From Octopus vulgaris (taxonomy: Eukaryota), in NCBI GenBank assembly GCA_951406725.2, contig OX597825.1:57660001-57724000 (forward strand): a stretch of DNA of 64,000 nt, read 5' to 3'. Shown piece by piece: positions 26,068 to 39,404 of this stretch. The position numbers and the translations under genes are program-made. Below the pieces are notes generated by a model that was not told where the DNA came from, did not search any database, and saw only the letters and a program-made list of their open reading frames with translations. The stretch's first letter is position 1; every line of letters starts with the position of its first letter.

Positions 26068-26424
26068 GAAAGCTGCTTTTGTCATTAATCAAACCGGATG
26101 TCCTCCCTTCATTCAAGCTCTGCGTCTTCAATTTATCAATTGTCTGCTATTTCTTAACATTTATTTCTTTTCAACCATTTTTTTCTGTTGTTGTGTGGGA
26201 ATGTGTGTGTCTGTGAGTGTCTCTGTGTGTATACATGTGCGTGTGTGTGTGTGTGTGCGTGTGTGTGTGTATGTGTGTGTGGATGATACCACTTTGTTCT
26301 TTTCTGTTAGATCATAAAATTGATAGGTAAAAAGGAAATTCAATCGAAAGATATGCATGCATATATATATAAGTATGCTTGTATGTGGGTGGATTTATAC
26401 ATATACGCACACATATATTTGTAT

Positions 26425-27045
<621 letters not shown>

Positions 27046-27509
27046 GGAAGTATAAATATATAGTTTACTAAATTTAAGGAGTTAAGCCAAGCTTACATTA
27101 TCATAATGATCTGCATAAAACGTGACGCTGCACGGCGACTCCTTGCACACACCCACACGTACACAAATGCATACAAACACCTACATATAGTTTCTTATTC
27201 TTTTTCGCAGACTTTACTACGACCTACGTAATTTGAATTTTCTTCCTTCTCCGCCCCTCTTTATGTCTGATCACAAGAAATATTTTTGGCTTCAATCACC
27301 TCCTCGTTTCCCGCTTTTATCAATGACTTTATTTCCTTTCTTCTATTTCTATCTCTCATTCTCATTCTTTCTCACGTTTTCTTACCTCTCCTTTCCCCTC
27401 TAAACATGTATTTGTGTGTGTATGTGTGTGTGTGTGTATGCGTGTATATATATATATATATATATTTTTAATATAGTTTGACATATGTTTGATACATATA
27501 TATATATAA

Positions 27510-27567
<58 letters not shown>

Positions 27568-27624
27568 CATGTATATATATGTATATATATATATATATAT
27601 ATATAATGAATATATATACATACA

Positions 27625-27667
<43 letters not shown>

Positions 27668-27694
27668 TTATATGGAGCAGAAATTTAACAGAAG

Positions 27695-27732
27695 CTGTTA
27701 CTCATAGCTTCACGTTCCCGTTCGTCGGACAG
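27695..27732 (-). ncRNA. Very compact type-I hammerhead-like motif (CCGACGA / GAAG variant)
   Basis: Minus: ctgt-CCGACGA-acg ggaa cgt-GAAG CT ATG AG TA-acag. Stem I ctgt/acag, stem II acg/cgt with GGAA loop; lies between (TA)n tracts. Confidence 0.6.
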
Positions 27733-28018
27733 TTTATACATATAAATATAAATATATATATTTATATGTATATATAATAAATAAATATATATATAATATA
27801 TATACATACATACATGTATACATATATCTATAGAGAGAGAGAGATAGATAGATAGATAGATATATATGTGTGTGTGTGTGTGTGTGTGTATACACGCACG
27901 CATGGTGTTCGGAAGTACCAGAATTACTAGAAATAAGAGTCAATGACCGCAGTTTAATACATTAAACAAGTAAATATATATATATATATAAAGTGTCTTA
28001 AACGACGTGTGTGATGTA

Positions 28019-28072
<54 letters not shown>

Positions 28073-28076
<4 letters not shown>

Positions 28077-28262
28077 AGAGTTTACGAAAAAAACAAAGGA
28101 CGAAGACAGGTGGTGTACAAAACAAACAGATGTATTAGTATAACGCTCAGGAATAGAAAAAGTCTTTTACATTTCGAGCCTAAGAAAGGGACACAGAAAA
28201 AACAAGGAGAGAAACAAGGAGAGAAAAAAATGTGTGTAGTGGCTAACGATCTATCATGGCGA
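28073..28262 (-). mobile_element. Microsatellite-embedded module (same family as 13398-13502)
   Basis: GACGAAGACAGGTGG...TGTATTAGTATAACGCTCAGGAA...TTTTACATTTCGAGCCTA; (TA)n on both sides. Confidence 0.6.
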
Positions 28263-28464
28263 TATATATATACACACTCACACACACACACACATACACA
28301 CACCAGACATTTGTTTCGCAACCACGATGGGTTCACTGCTTTATATCATGTCAATTTTTACCATTGGCGTCAATCGATTTCCATGATGCGAACGAAATGG
28401 AATGGACAGAAACTCTGTGGAAATCCATGGGGTGGATTGTAACTGCAATTTATAGAACCATCCT

Positions 28465-28620
28465 TTCATATACTGTTGACACGCTGATTTGGCCGGCCCG
28501 AGAAGGGTACGTTAAGGGTACATGTGTCTGTAGAATGCTCAACCACTTATTTATTCAGGAACGGGTAATTCTGTTGATTGAACAACTGAATACTTATTGT
28601 CGAAACCGGCGAAGATCCGC
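28465..28620 (+). mobile_element. Degenerate 3' part of SINE family C
   Basis: CACGCTGATT...TACGTTAAGGGTACATGTGTCTGTAGAATGCTCAACCACTT aligns with the tail of 9613-9975. Confidence 0.6.
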
Positions 28621-28687
28621 TATGTGCATTTATATATAAAGAAGCGTATATCTATCTATCATCTATCTATCTATCTATCTATCTATC

Positions 28688-28753
<66 letters not shown>

Positions 28754-28770
28754 ATATATATATATATATA

Positions 28771-28975
28771 AGGGTGGGGGCTGAAAAGTTTCCGGCGTTA
28801 AGAATGTCATGAAAGGCCTGGTTAGAGGCCCAACTTTCCGAGTTCTTTTACAGGGTTTAGAAAAACTGAACGACTGCCGAAACAAGTGTGGGAATCTGAG
28901 AGGTAAATATGTTGAATAAAATCATAATTAACTAATCCTCCTATGTTTTCTTTTATCCAAAGCCAGGAACTTTTA
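28771..28975 (+). mobile_element. Mariner-derived MITE (~205 bp)
   Basis: TIR-like GGGGCTGAAAAGTTTCCGGCGTT / AAAGCCAGGAACTTTT; translation FFYRV*KN...NKCGNLRGKYVE* resembles a mariner C-terminus. Confidence 0.8.
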
Positions 28976-28981
28976 TACATG

Positions 28982-29013
<32 letters not shown>

Positions 29014-29158
29014 TGTATGTATGTATGTATGTATGTATGTATGTATGTATGGATATATGCTCTAAAATGTAATGGGGTCGATTAGTTTGACGGAAACCAC
29101 TTCAAGGTGGTGCTCCAGCATGGTAGTCCAATGACTGAAACAAGTAAATGATTAAAAA

Positions 29159-29197
<39 letters not shown>

Positions 29198-30144
29198 TAG
29201 ATATGAGGAGTGCACGTGCAGGCGTTTTACATGAAATCTGGGAAGCTATTTTAATCTTAGGAGAAAGAGCAAAGGCCTTGAATTAGCCAGAAACGACCCC
29301 TGAATGATTGGGAATGGTTAAGGGATGTTCTGACAGGCAGCATCTCACTGTGAATGGTGGGCGTTGAAATGTGGACAATTTTGAAAGAAATGCCATCCTG
29401 GGGCGGAAAAGATAGGAGCTCAGATATTTACTACTTAAACTTTTTATTTTTTAGGGAGCGAAAATCAGTGTGGGTTTACATGAAAAAATGTATCGGGTAT
29501 GCTAGGCATTTCTAAGGTGTGGTGATACAGGCCGAACTAATTAGGCGGCGCATACAACATTGTTAATAATAGCGGAATGCAACGATTTCAAAAGAGGTGG
29601 GTGAGTTCGAAGTGAAAGTTAAAGACTGGGTGCAGTGCTGGGATGGTTGGTTTGGTAAGAGACAAGATATCTTGTAATTCGTTTTGAAACCATATTTGTC
29701 TGATTCTTGTAGCGATTTCTTCCACTCTAACTCCCGTCCTCTATGACTAGCCACCCCGATTTGAAGCCAGTCACCTCAGTCCATTAGTTAGGAGCGATTG
29801 TGTTTCGATCCCATCTTGTACGTCTCTATTATTGCGTTATAGTTTATGTCTTTTGTTGCTCCTATTACTGATTCAGAAAACGACCTGATTTCATGGTTCC
29901 GTATCCCTGTGCTCTAGTGTTTTGTAACTTTAGTAACAACAAACGTTCAACATACGTTCCTTTGAGACAAGTACTAGACATTGATCATTGTCGCAGATAC
30001 ACAAGCCATGCTCACACGCGGACGCACTCACACGCGTGCACATATATACAATAAATATATACATACATGCACACATTCTCTGTATGAGAAGCGTGCGGTC
30101 TATGGTTAAAGATGTTGAGCTTAACGTTCGTATACACATACATG

Positions 30145-30209
<65 letters not shown>

Positions 30210-30383
30210 TCACACATATATATATGTATGTATACATAATTCTTCACCGGCGGTGCCTCAGCATGGCCACAGCCTTTGGGTTGAAATGTGTAAAAGAATA
30301 AAAGAATAATTGTATACATGTATATAGTGTATGTATGTACACACACAGGTGTACATACATGCATACATACGTACATACATATG

Positions 30384-31570
30384 CACAGACTCGACAAAAG
30401 TAAATGGACACCCTTATAATCGTTAAAATATCTTTAAATCTGAAAATATACATTCAAATTATTTATTAATTGTTATAATGTGAATATTTAATATTTAATA
30501 GACATGTCCTATGCCTTTTTCAATGCAAGGACCCTATTAGGCATGTTGCTGATCAAATGTCAAATACTCTCTTGCGGAATATCTTGCCAAGTTTCTTGCA
30601 GTAATCTCAAAAGATCTAGCTCTGAAGATGCTTTCTTGCTCTTTTGATGAAGTTTCCTGTCCATTATATCCCAGAAGTGTTCAGTAGGTTTCGTAACTGG
30701 TAACTGGCTTGGCCATGGAAATTTTTTACTGCCATTCTCATCCAACAAATCTTGGGTCATTTTAGCTGTGTGACAAGGAAACCCATCTTCCGTAAATAAA
30801 GGGCCTTCCTTAACTATTTCATCACTGGAGAAGATTGGAAAAAAGTCCCTTCTGTAATATGGACACATATTTGAGTTTATGCTTCCCTCAACTCCACCAA
30901 CTTTGATCAACCATTGTTCCAAATTGTTCCCCAGATCATCACAGAATAGCTGCCATGTTTCATTGTTGGCAGCACTCTTTTCAAATCAAATTCTTGATAA
31001 CAGAGTCTCCAGACCCACATTCAACCACTGTCAGGAAATACAGCAAAGGGTTGTGGCCTCTTCCCCTATCTCACTAGCCCAATCTTTTCTCTGCTTGATG
31101 TTGACTAGTCGAAGAAGTGGCTTCCTTCCTGCTTCTCTGTCATAGGAACCAAGTTTGTGAAGATACCTGACAGCTGATCTGGGACATCGGCTGTGTCAGA
31201 AGCCTTGCAATGAAGATTATCCTCCACACTTCTCTTAGCAAGGAGAAGGTTCCTGTTAAAGGGCTCTTGTTGATCTGGGTGAGGTGATGTGGACGCTTTC
31301 TTCTCTCTCGTGAATTGCACAATCACTCTGTTAACTGTAGAAAGCGAGATCCCTAGGTTTATTGCGATTTTACGTCACATTCGGAATGACCCACATTCTT
31401 TGAAATACAGACAGTTTCAAGGCTTCTTTTGTACATAACATGATTAAACAGTCACACATAGAACCTGAAACATAAAAAATTCAATTAATAAATACTATAA
31501 ACCTTTACAATTTAGAATAAAATTAAAACGATGTTTTATGGGGTCTCTATTTACTTCTGTCATTTTTGTG
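30384..31570 (-). mobile_element. Decayed Tc1-family DNA transposon with both TIRs
   Basis: TIRs CACAGACTCGACAAAAGTAAATGGACACCC / GGGGTCTCTATTTACTTCTGTCATTTTTGTG-TA; minus translation FTEDGFPCHTAK...WPSQLPVTKPTEHFWDIMDRKL corresponds to Tc1 FQQDNAPCHTAK...WPxQSPDLNPIEHLW; frameshifted. Confidence 0.9.
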
Positions 31571-31615
<45 letters not shown>

Positions 31616-31649
31616 TTAGTGTGTGAGGGTGAGTGTGTCTATGAATTAA

Positions 31650-31810
31650 ATGTGTAGCCTAATGGTTAGGGTGCTGGGCACACGATTATAAACGTGGCTC
31701 AAGTTAAGGACTTAGCAGCACTCTATGTCTTTGAGAAAGGCACTTCATTTCATGTCGCATCAATAAACTCAGCTGAAATGAGTACCAGCTAAGTACCAAT
31801 ACAGCCCTCT
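31650..31810 (+). mobile_element. Degenerate SINE family D-like copy
   Basis: TAGCCTAATGGTTAGGG...GGCACTTCATTTCA...ACTCAGCTGAAATGAGTACC. Confidence 0.6.
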
Positions 31811-32340
31811 CTCCCTCTAGTTATTCCATCCTCGATATCCCGTGTGATTAAAAGCAGGTGAGCTGAGAGGATGTCTATAACTGTTCGCAAGTGCCTAGGT
31901 TTCTAAAACAAATTGTGAAACCATGGTGCATGCTCACACAAGATCTACACCAAGACTGTAACTCGAATCCGAGTTGTAGTCTCATTTCAGTGCTGATTTC
32001 AATTACATCAGTAAAGAGTAACTACCTCTTGTACACTAGCGCACTATCCCGGTGTAAATAAATCTCTCATCTACATTACGCTAGAAAAAGTAGTCCTAAA
32101 CGTCGGTCTCATGAATCATTGCGATGGGAAAGGATAAACCAAGTATTTAGAGAAGACTATAGGAGACAAACATGATGTATTTATTAATACTACCGGTCGT
32201 ATTTGTTTCGCTAGACAAGAGACAACACCCTTGTAAATTAGGAAAGAGGTGGCGAGATGCCGAGGCATTAATTACTTTAGCGAAGGCATTAACCATATAT
32301 TGAGTGCATAAACGCAACGCACACTCAGAAAATGGTAGCA

Positions 32341-32413
32341 CAGCAATCCCGAGTGTTACGTTCCAAACACCACTGTGATAGGTGAAAATCCGCGAAGCAG
32401 AAACAGTACTGTA

Positions 32414-32467
<54 letters not shown>

Positions 32468-32470
32468 TAC

Positions 32471-32531
<61 letters not shown>

Positions 32532-32616
32532 ATTCTTATTGTTATTATTATTATTATTGTTGTTGTTATTGTTATTGTTATTATAATTATTATTCTTGTT
32601 GTTGTTGTTATTGTTA

Positions 32617-32651
<35 letters not shown>

Positions 32652-33259
32652 GTTGTTATTGTTGTTGTTATTATAATTATTATTATTATTACTATTATTA
32701 TTATTGAGTGAGAGAGCAGTGCATGCCATCAAAGTGACACTAGGGTAAAATATACAAAGCCCAGTATACCCATCATGACTACCCATCTGATAAGGGTACA
32801 CTAGGCATATGCATCACAACCGTATGTGCGCGACATGGTGATCTCATATCAAGATAAACAGCGCATGACCTTGCAGGTGGGGCCCAGTTAGAATTTTCTT
32901 CTAGTTGAATAACCCATCCCGCTCAAAAGGTCCCTGAATAAGGATTGTTTAAGGATGTTGAACAAAATACCCATGTTTCTAGAGGTGAATTATTCAAACC
33001 CCAAAGAATCCGTCTCAACACATGGCTATGATGCTCACCCACTACTTCAGCTCGTGATCAGAGATGCACATATCATCAACCACTAAGGGACAAGATCAAC
33101 TTGTTAAGGTCAAACAACTGACAAGCAAATCTATAGTATTGAGCAGAATATTTGCTGTAGCCCATCTTTTATACCAAGACAAAACAATGTACATGATAAC
33201 ACTTCCAATCAGTTAAGATCTGAAGCCACGAGAACAACTGCCTGGTACTGCATCAGGGC

Positions 33260-33301
<42 letters not shown>

Positions 33302-33468
33302 TATTATTGTTATTATTATTATTATTTTTATAGTTTGTACATATTTATTTTATTATAAATGCAAAACATCACGGAGGAATCGACGTGAGTTTAAATAATA
33401 AACCGCGATAGTTGATCCGCGATTAGTGAACAGCGATAGGTGAACCGCGATATGGCGATGTATTACTG
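32341..33468. mobile_element. Tigger/pogo-like MITE split by a (TAT/TGT)n array and element E
   Basis: 5' CAGCAATCCC...GTTACGTTCCAAA...GATAGGTGAAAATCCGCGAAG; 3' GGTGAACCGCGATATGGCGATGTATTACTG-TA. Confidence 0.65.
32705..33261 (+). mobile_element. Element E copy 1 (~555 bp non-coding interspersed repeat in (TAT)n)
   Basis: TGAGTGAGAGAGCAGTGCATGCCATCAAAGTGACAC...GCCTGGTACTGCATCAGGGCAT; collinear with 50518-51073 and 57599-58147. Strand is arbitrary. Confidence 0.92.
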
Positions 33469-33891
33469 TATTGGGTTTTCATTTCATCACAAAGAATATA
33501 TGTATAAAGGGTGGGGCATAGTAAGGAATTAAATATTCAGTTAAACAACTAGTTGTATGTTACTAACTGCATTGGTTATTGATCCTGAGTGGGCAAGAAG
33601 GCATATTTCCGAATTTTAGAGAACATAGATTAAGGTATGCTTTTCATCGCCGTTTAACAATTTCTGCCAAGTCATCGCCACAACTTCCACTTAAAAATGA
33701 CTTCAAAGAAATATAATGATGACGTAATGTCGTTGTATTTAAAATGAAATATTTTTGTTTAATGTATAAAACACAGGAAATTCGCATAAAAGATGGCGTA
33801 GGTGGTTCTACTTCCGTTGACAAGATACAAGCCTCAAAACCATTTTCAACAGCTGTTTAGAAAATCTTTCGAAGCTGATTGTAATACGTGC

Positions 33892-34083
33892 ATAGACACC
33901 TACCTACATATATACATACGTACATACATACATATATACATACATACATGCATACATACATACATACATACATACATACATGTATACTCAACCATATCTA
34001 TAACTATATATATGTATAGTATGAAAAAGAAGACAGAGAGGGTGAGAGAGATATATACATACACATACATACATGCATGTATA

Positions 34084-34134
<51 letters not shown>

Positions 34135-34285
34135 AATTAAATTTGAGATAAAGCCACAATTAGGGAAATCAAACAGTGAAAAACATAAACCAAAACATAA
34201 AAATAAAAATAATTAATATAATTTACAAAATATATAAAATATAAAATTTAAAATTTAAATTATTTAAATTTAAAATTATATGTAG

Positions 34286-34344
<59 letters not shown>

Positions 34345-34378
34345 TGTATGTATGTATGTATGTATGTATGTATGTATG
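33892..34378 (+). repeat. Local direct duplication, copy 1 (copy 2 at ~35093-35520)
   Basis: Same order of unique blocks (TGTATACTCAACCA..., TTTGAGATAAA(G/A)CCACAATTAGGGAAAT...ATGTAGC) and microsatellites in both copies. Confidence 0.9.
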
Positions 34379-34871
34379 GAAAAATTTAGAAAAATTAGAA
34401 GAAAGGTTTTTTTAAAGGAATACCTCCATAGTAGTGTTCAGATATAGGTGGCATTCTGCCTTTCTCTGACTCCCTTGTTTGCACTTGTGTATTCGAGGTC
34501 GTTGTGAGTTCTTGAGGGGGTGGGAGTGGGAAAATCTGGGCTGGTCAGTGGCGACCGGCAGTCGCTGCGTAGGCGTTATACTTAAATACATTAGTGACAA
34601 GGTTAAGGGGTAGAAGGTGGAGAAGTAGAAGAAGAAGAAGAAGATGACGGTGCCGATGATGATGACGATGAAGAAGAAGAAGGAGAAGGAGAAGATGACG
34701 ATGATGATGGTGGTGATGACGATGACGACGATGATGATGATAATGATGATGATGAAGAAGAAGAAGAGGAAGAAGAAGAAAAAAACAGAGAAGGGAGAAT
34801 ATGAATGGGTGAAGATATAGCTGTGATGGGGCGATTAGTAATGGATTCTATACATACATACATACATACAT

Positions 34872-35095
34872 TGTATCGTCCCTATTGGTAGAGGGGGAAA
34901 ATTCTGAAGTTTGGTGTTTTTTTGTTGGCGCAAGTATCTATGTGTTGGCTAAAAGCTATTTTTCTGTTTTGGGGAATTTTTATCTGGGATCTGTGCAGGG
35001 CCATTCGTTTACGCAAACCATTTTTTGTTTGGCCTATGTACTGCTCTTGACACCCGGAGCAGGTTAGTGAGTATATTAGGTTCTCCGAAAAATTT
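34872..35095 (-). pseudogene. Penelope-like element GIY-YIG endonuclease fragment
   Basis: SENLIYSLTCSGCQEQYIGQTKNGLRKRMALHRSQIKIPQNRKIAFSQHIDTCANKKTPNFRIFPLYQ shows LIY...CxxC..YIGQT...R...H; truncated by (CATA)n on both sides. Confidence 0.92.
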
Positions 35096-35227
35096 AGACA
35101 TACATACATACATACATACATACATGTATACTCAACCACATATATAACTATATATATGTATAGTATGTATATGGAGACAGAGAGGGTGAGAGAGATATAT
35201 ACATACACATACATACATGCATGTATA

Positions 35228-35280
<53 letters not shown>

Positions 35281-35443
35281 TTTGAGATAAAACCACAATT
35301 AGGGAAATGAAACAGTGAAAAACATAAACCAAAACATAAAAATAAAAATAATTAATATAATTTACAAAATATATAAAATATAAAATTTAAAATTTAAATT
35401 ATTTAAATTTAAAATTATATGTAGCTATATATATATATATATG

Positions 35444-35475
<32 letters not shown>

Positions 35476-35520
35476 TGTATGTATGTATGTATGTATGTAT
35501 GTATGTATGTATGTATGATG
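35093..35520 (+). repeat. Local direct duplication, copy 2
   Basis: See 33892-34378. Confidence 0.9.
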
Positions 35521-35697
35521 TATGTATCTATCTATCTATCTATCTATCTATCTCTCTATCTATCTCTATAATAATAAAGTGTAAAATTAAGTAATCAATT
35601 TATAATTAATAATCTTACCAAGTAGTTTGGTATGTTAAAAGAACCATTCTCGGTAAACTTATACAAAATAGTAGTAGTAGTGCATAGTAATTAATAT

Positions 35698-36255
35698 GTG
35701 AAGGCATTTAGCCTAATGTTTAGGGCACTGGTTCTCAACCATTTTTTTTTTACCTATGGAACCCTTTGTTTACCATTTCATTCTGGTGGACCCCCATAGC
35801 CTTTCGTTGTTTAAAAACTAATTTCATAGATACTTCTTTCAATTCCAGAGAAAGAAACCTAAAGGTTTTTGCAATATATACATTTAAATCAAAACTTTTC
35901 ATGAGTCCTTAAAATAACATTGCGGATTTGAAATTTTGCTAACATGGACCCCCACCCCACAAAAAGGGGATGGGGATCCCCAGGGGGTCAAGTGGACTTT
36001 GGGTGAGAACTACTGGATTAGGTTATTGCATTCATGATCGTAAGGATACGGTTTTGATTCTTGGACCGGAATTTGATTCTTGATTGCATTATATTTTTGA
36101 AGGAAAACACCTCATTTTACGTCACTCTGTTCTACTCAGTTGGTAAAAATAAGTAATCGTGCGACGGACCGAAGCCCCGTAGAGATGGGGAGAGTAGGTT
36201 ATATACGTCATAGAATCATCCAGGAAACCAGCATTATCAGCTCGGGAAAGGCCTT
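35698..36255 (+). mobile_element. SINE family D copy interrupted by a hAT MITE
   Basis: Head GAAGGCATTTAGCCTAATGTTTAGGG resumes after the MITE as GATTAGGTTATTGCATTCATGATCGTAAG...AAAACACCTCATTTTACG...GTGCGACGGACCG. Confidence 0.75.
35726..36015. mobile_element. hAT (Charlie-like) MITE with 8-bp TSD
   Basis: TIRs CACTGGTTCTCAACC / GGGTGAGAACTACTG; flanks GTTTAGGG / GATTAGGT are a diverged duplication of the SINE D sequence GGTTAGGG. Confidence 0.85.
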
Positions 36256-37022
36256 TGATTTATTTTTCGATAAAAATGTGAAAATGCAGAAAAATAGATT
36301 AATATTTTACGAATGCAAGTAGGTTAAATAATGGGAAAGAGGAAAAGAGGGAGAAAGAAAGAACCCCCAGTACTCGAAAGCTGTTAAGGGAAAACGTAAG
36401 TGTTTTGAAGTTCATGCATTTCTCTAAGATAAACAGAACTTGGTGGATTTTTTCAGATTAAGCAACCAAATAACGCGTTTCATTATTCAAGAAGTATTCA
36501 TATATTTGGCCACGTTTTTTAGTTTGTATGTGGATCTTATATATATACACATATGCATACTAGAGAACTAGAGTGCAGTAAAAAGATGTAGTTAAAAAGA
36601 TTACACACCTTTACATAGTTCCTCGCTGCTTCGTATGGCTACACTGAATTAATCCTATTTAGGAAGGCAGGTGCACTCATCATCAAATGTATTATTTGTT
36701 GTTTTCTATGAGTTTCAGCTCCAAATGACCGAAGAACTACCTGCCGAAACATTGTGCCTGACATCACTCGGAACTTGATTCCAAGTGTCTTTACCTACGA
36801 AATCTATAAAGGGAATTTTTTTTTTGCGAGACAAAATATTGCAACGAGTGACATTCACGTTCTTGTGTAGAGAAGTATGTTAAAAATAAAATGTGCACAA
36901 CTTTGTGTGCATGTATACATGTGTATGCACGTGAGTGAGTGCATGTGTGTGTGTATGCATATTAATGCATGTATATATATACATATATTATATACATATA
37001 TGTATATGTATATATAAATATA

Positions 37023-37061
<39 letters not shown>

Positions 37062-37119
37062 TTATATATATATATGTATTTATATATATATATATGTGTG
37101 TATGTGTATATATCACACA

Positions 37120-37418
37120 TGATCACATGACCGACCAGACCATCAGATGTTGTTACACATCGCTGGTCACAATGAGTTCGCATTGTTTTAGCCTTCGAAT
37201 GACCCCACCCCGCTGGCTAAGCGAGCAGACCAACAGAAGAAAGAGTGGGAGAAAGAGTGGTGAAAGAGTGCAGCAGGGATCACCCCCCCCCGCCGGAGCC
37301 TCGTGGAGCTTTTAGGTGTTTTCGCTCAATAAACACACACAACGCCCGGTCTGGGAATCGAAACCGCGATCCTGCGACCGCGAGTCCGCTGCCCTAACCA
37401 CTAGGCCATTGCGCCTCC
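37120..37418 (-). mobile_element. SINE family C head with an alternative 3' tail
   Basis: Minus: GGAGGCGCAATGGCCTAGTGGTTAGGGCAGCGGACTCGCGGTCGCAGGATCGCGGTTTCGATTCCCAGACCGGG; tail ...CATCTGATGGTCTGGTCGGTCATGTGATC differs from 9613-9975. Confidence 0.88.
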
Positions 37419-37419
37419 A

Positions 37420-37465
<46 letters not shown>

Positions 37466-37491
37466 TATATATATATGTGTGTGTGTGTGTA

Positions 37492-37649
<158 letters not shown>

Positions 37650-37666
37650 ATATATATTTATATATA

Positions 37667-38086
37667 CACGATCAAAACGCCTCCCGTCCAATAGACGGTG
37701 CTGAGTTGTCAAACATTTAAGCCAAATTTTCTCAAAACAACTTGTCTGACCGTCCCATAGGACTCCCCTTTGAGAAACACTGATTTATCTTAAATTTGTG
37801 ACACCAAACAGGCCGGCTTTTTTGCGCAAACTGCACGTGCATTTTTCTCGCGTACGCGTAGTATCGATCGCAACAGCTGATGTACTTACGCGTACAAATG
37901 CACATTCCCACGGTTTTATCGATCGCATTCTCACCTCGAATCGATTTTTGTAATTTTCCCAAGACTTATACACGCCCTGATACTGTCGGTATCTACATAT
38001 CAAATTTGAGCGCAATCGGATGGCGGATACCCGAGATCCTAGAAGACACACACACAGACAGACAGAACGGATTTTATATTATAGAT
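37667..38086 (+). mobile_element. HINE/DINE-1-like non-autonomous Helentron derivative
   Basis: 3' architecture CAAATTTGAGCGCAATCGG...(CA)n(CAGA)n...ATTTTATATTATAGAT is typical of DINE-1/Lep1-like elements; CpG-rich relative to flanks; 5' end not resolved. Confidence 0.6.
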
Positions 38087-39180
38087 ATATATATATATAC
38101 ACACATACGCCCACACAAAAATGCATACATAAACACACGCATTTTTATGACCCTCGTGAATAAGGCTAATAAACCCATTGATGGTTACATTTCTCCATAA
38201 AAAGAAAATCCGTTAGCTAACAACGGAAATGATGTCAATATATTTTATTCAATAGCAATTTTAATGAAATTCCATGGCTATTAAATCCTCTGGTGTTCAC
38301 CATTATGTATAAAAACGACTATTTTATATTCATTTAACTTTGATTTCTATGTCAAATATTAATTCTTGATTATCTCAGTCACATGCATCAACTTTATAAG
38401 CGTATCAGAAACTGCGTTGGCTTTAAAACGGCCTTATTCCTTTGAACTATAATTCTATCACTAAATGATGGTTTGAGAGTCAATTTTATGTTCTTGAGAC
38501 AAATATTCAGTAGTGTTTTTTTTTCCAATGCATAGGAGACATCTTTGAAATGGCCTAGAATAATTTACTAAAGCTGGAGGTGCTATTTACTTTCAAAGAT
38601 CCACCAACTATGAATAAGATCTTCCGATACCTGTGAGCTGCTCAAACATTTAGTAACCGAAATCTAACTGTTGTTTATCTGTATTTCTTTCTCCTTTATT
38701 TTCTTTTACTATTTTTTTAAATAAAAGATAATGGAGGGTTTGTATGAATCGCACACAATATATCCCATAGTGAAGTTTGGGGAATAATTCTAGAGTTTTC
38801 TTTTTAAAAGCTGTTATATACCATTTTCATCCAATCATGACTTCACACGGGCGTTTGAATAAATTAAATAAATAAATGCACTCTAGTGATATCTTGTCAG
38901 GAACAAAATATCAAATATATTACATGCTATATTGTGTTATCTGCGCGTCTAAAGTTTTAAAATGCTTTACGCTGACGTTTTATAAAACAAAGACAGATGG
39001 GCCATTTTGACGAATACCACAATCTTCTTTAGCAATAAGACTAGGTTACCAGATAAATCTGAAAACATTCCTGCTGCTGTGCTTTGGCTTTAACTGTAAT
39101 TGGTGTGAGATAACGTCGAAACTCTTGATATAAAATGAAGCATTGTGTTTTTTCGAATATAACCGCTGCCGATTATTTCT

Positions 39181-39330
39181 TTAGGTGCAGGTGTGGCTGT
39201 TTGGCAAGAAGTTAGCTTCCCGACCACATGGTTCCGGATTCAGTCCCACTGCATGACACCTTAGTCTCGGGCCGACCAAAGTCTTGTGGGTAGATTTGGC
39301 AGACAGAAACTGAAAGAAACCCGGCGTATA
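39181..39330 (+). mobile_element. SINE family A, 5' half with internal deletion
   Basis: GGTGCAGGTGTGGCTG...TTCAGTCCCACTGC...CTCGGGCCGACCAAAG...AACTGAAAGAAACCCG. Confidence 0.85.
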
Positions 39331-39404
39331 TATATATCAACCAATATTTTATTATTCAAAATTTAGCAAAGTAATATGAATGTTAGGGGCTAAAGGGAAT
39401 AGTC

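Noticed and set aside
29200-29900. Non-repetitive stretch that might be a retroelement remnant or exon
   Set aside because: No motif could be identified in any frame.
37340-37418. tRNA gene on the minus strand
   Set aside because: It has A/B boxes but no acceptor stem or complete cloverleaf, and continues into a SINE body present in several copies.
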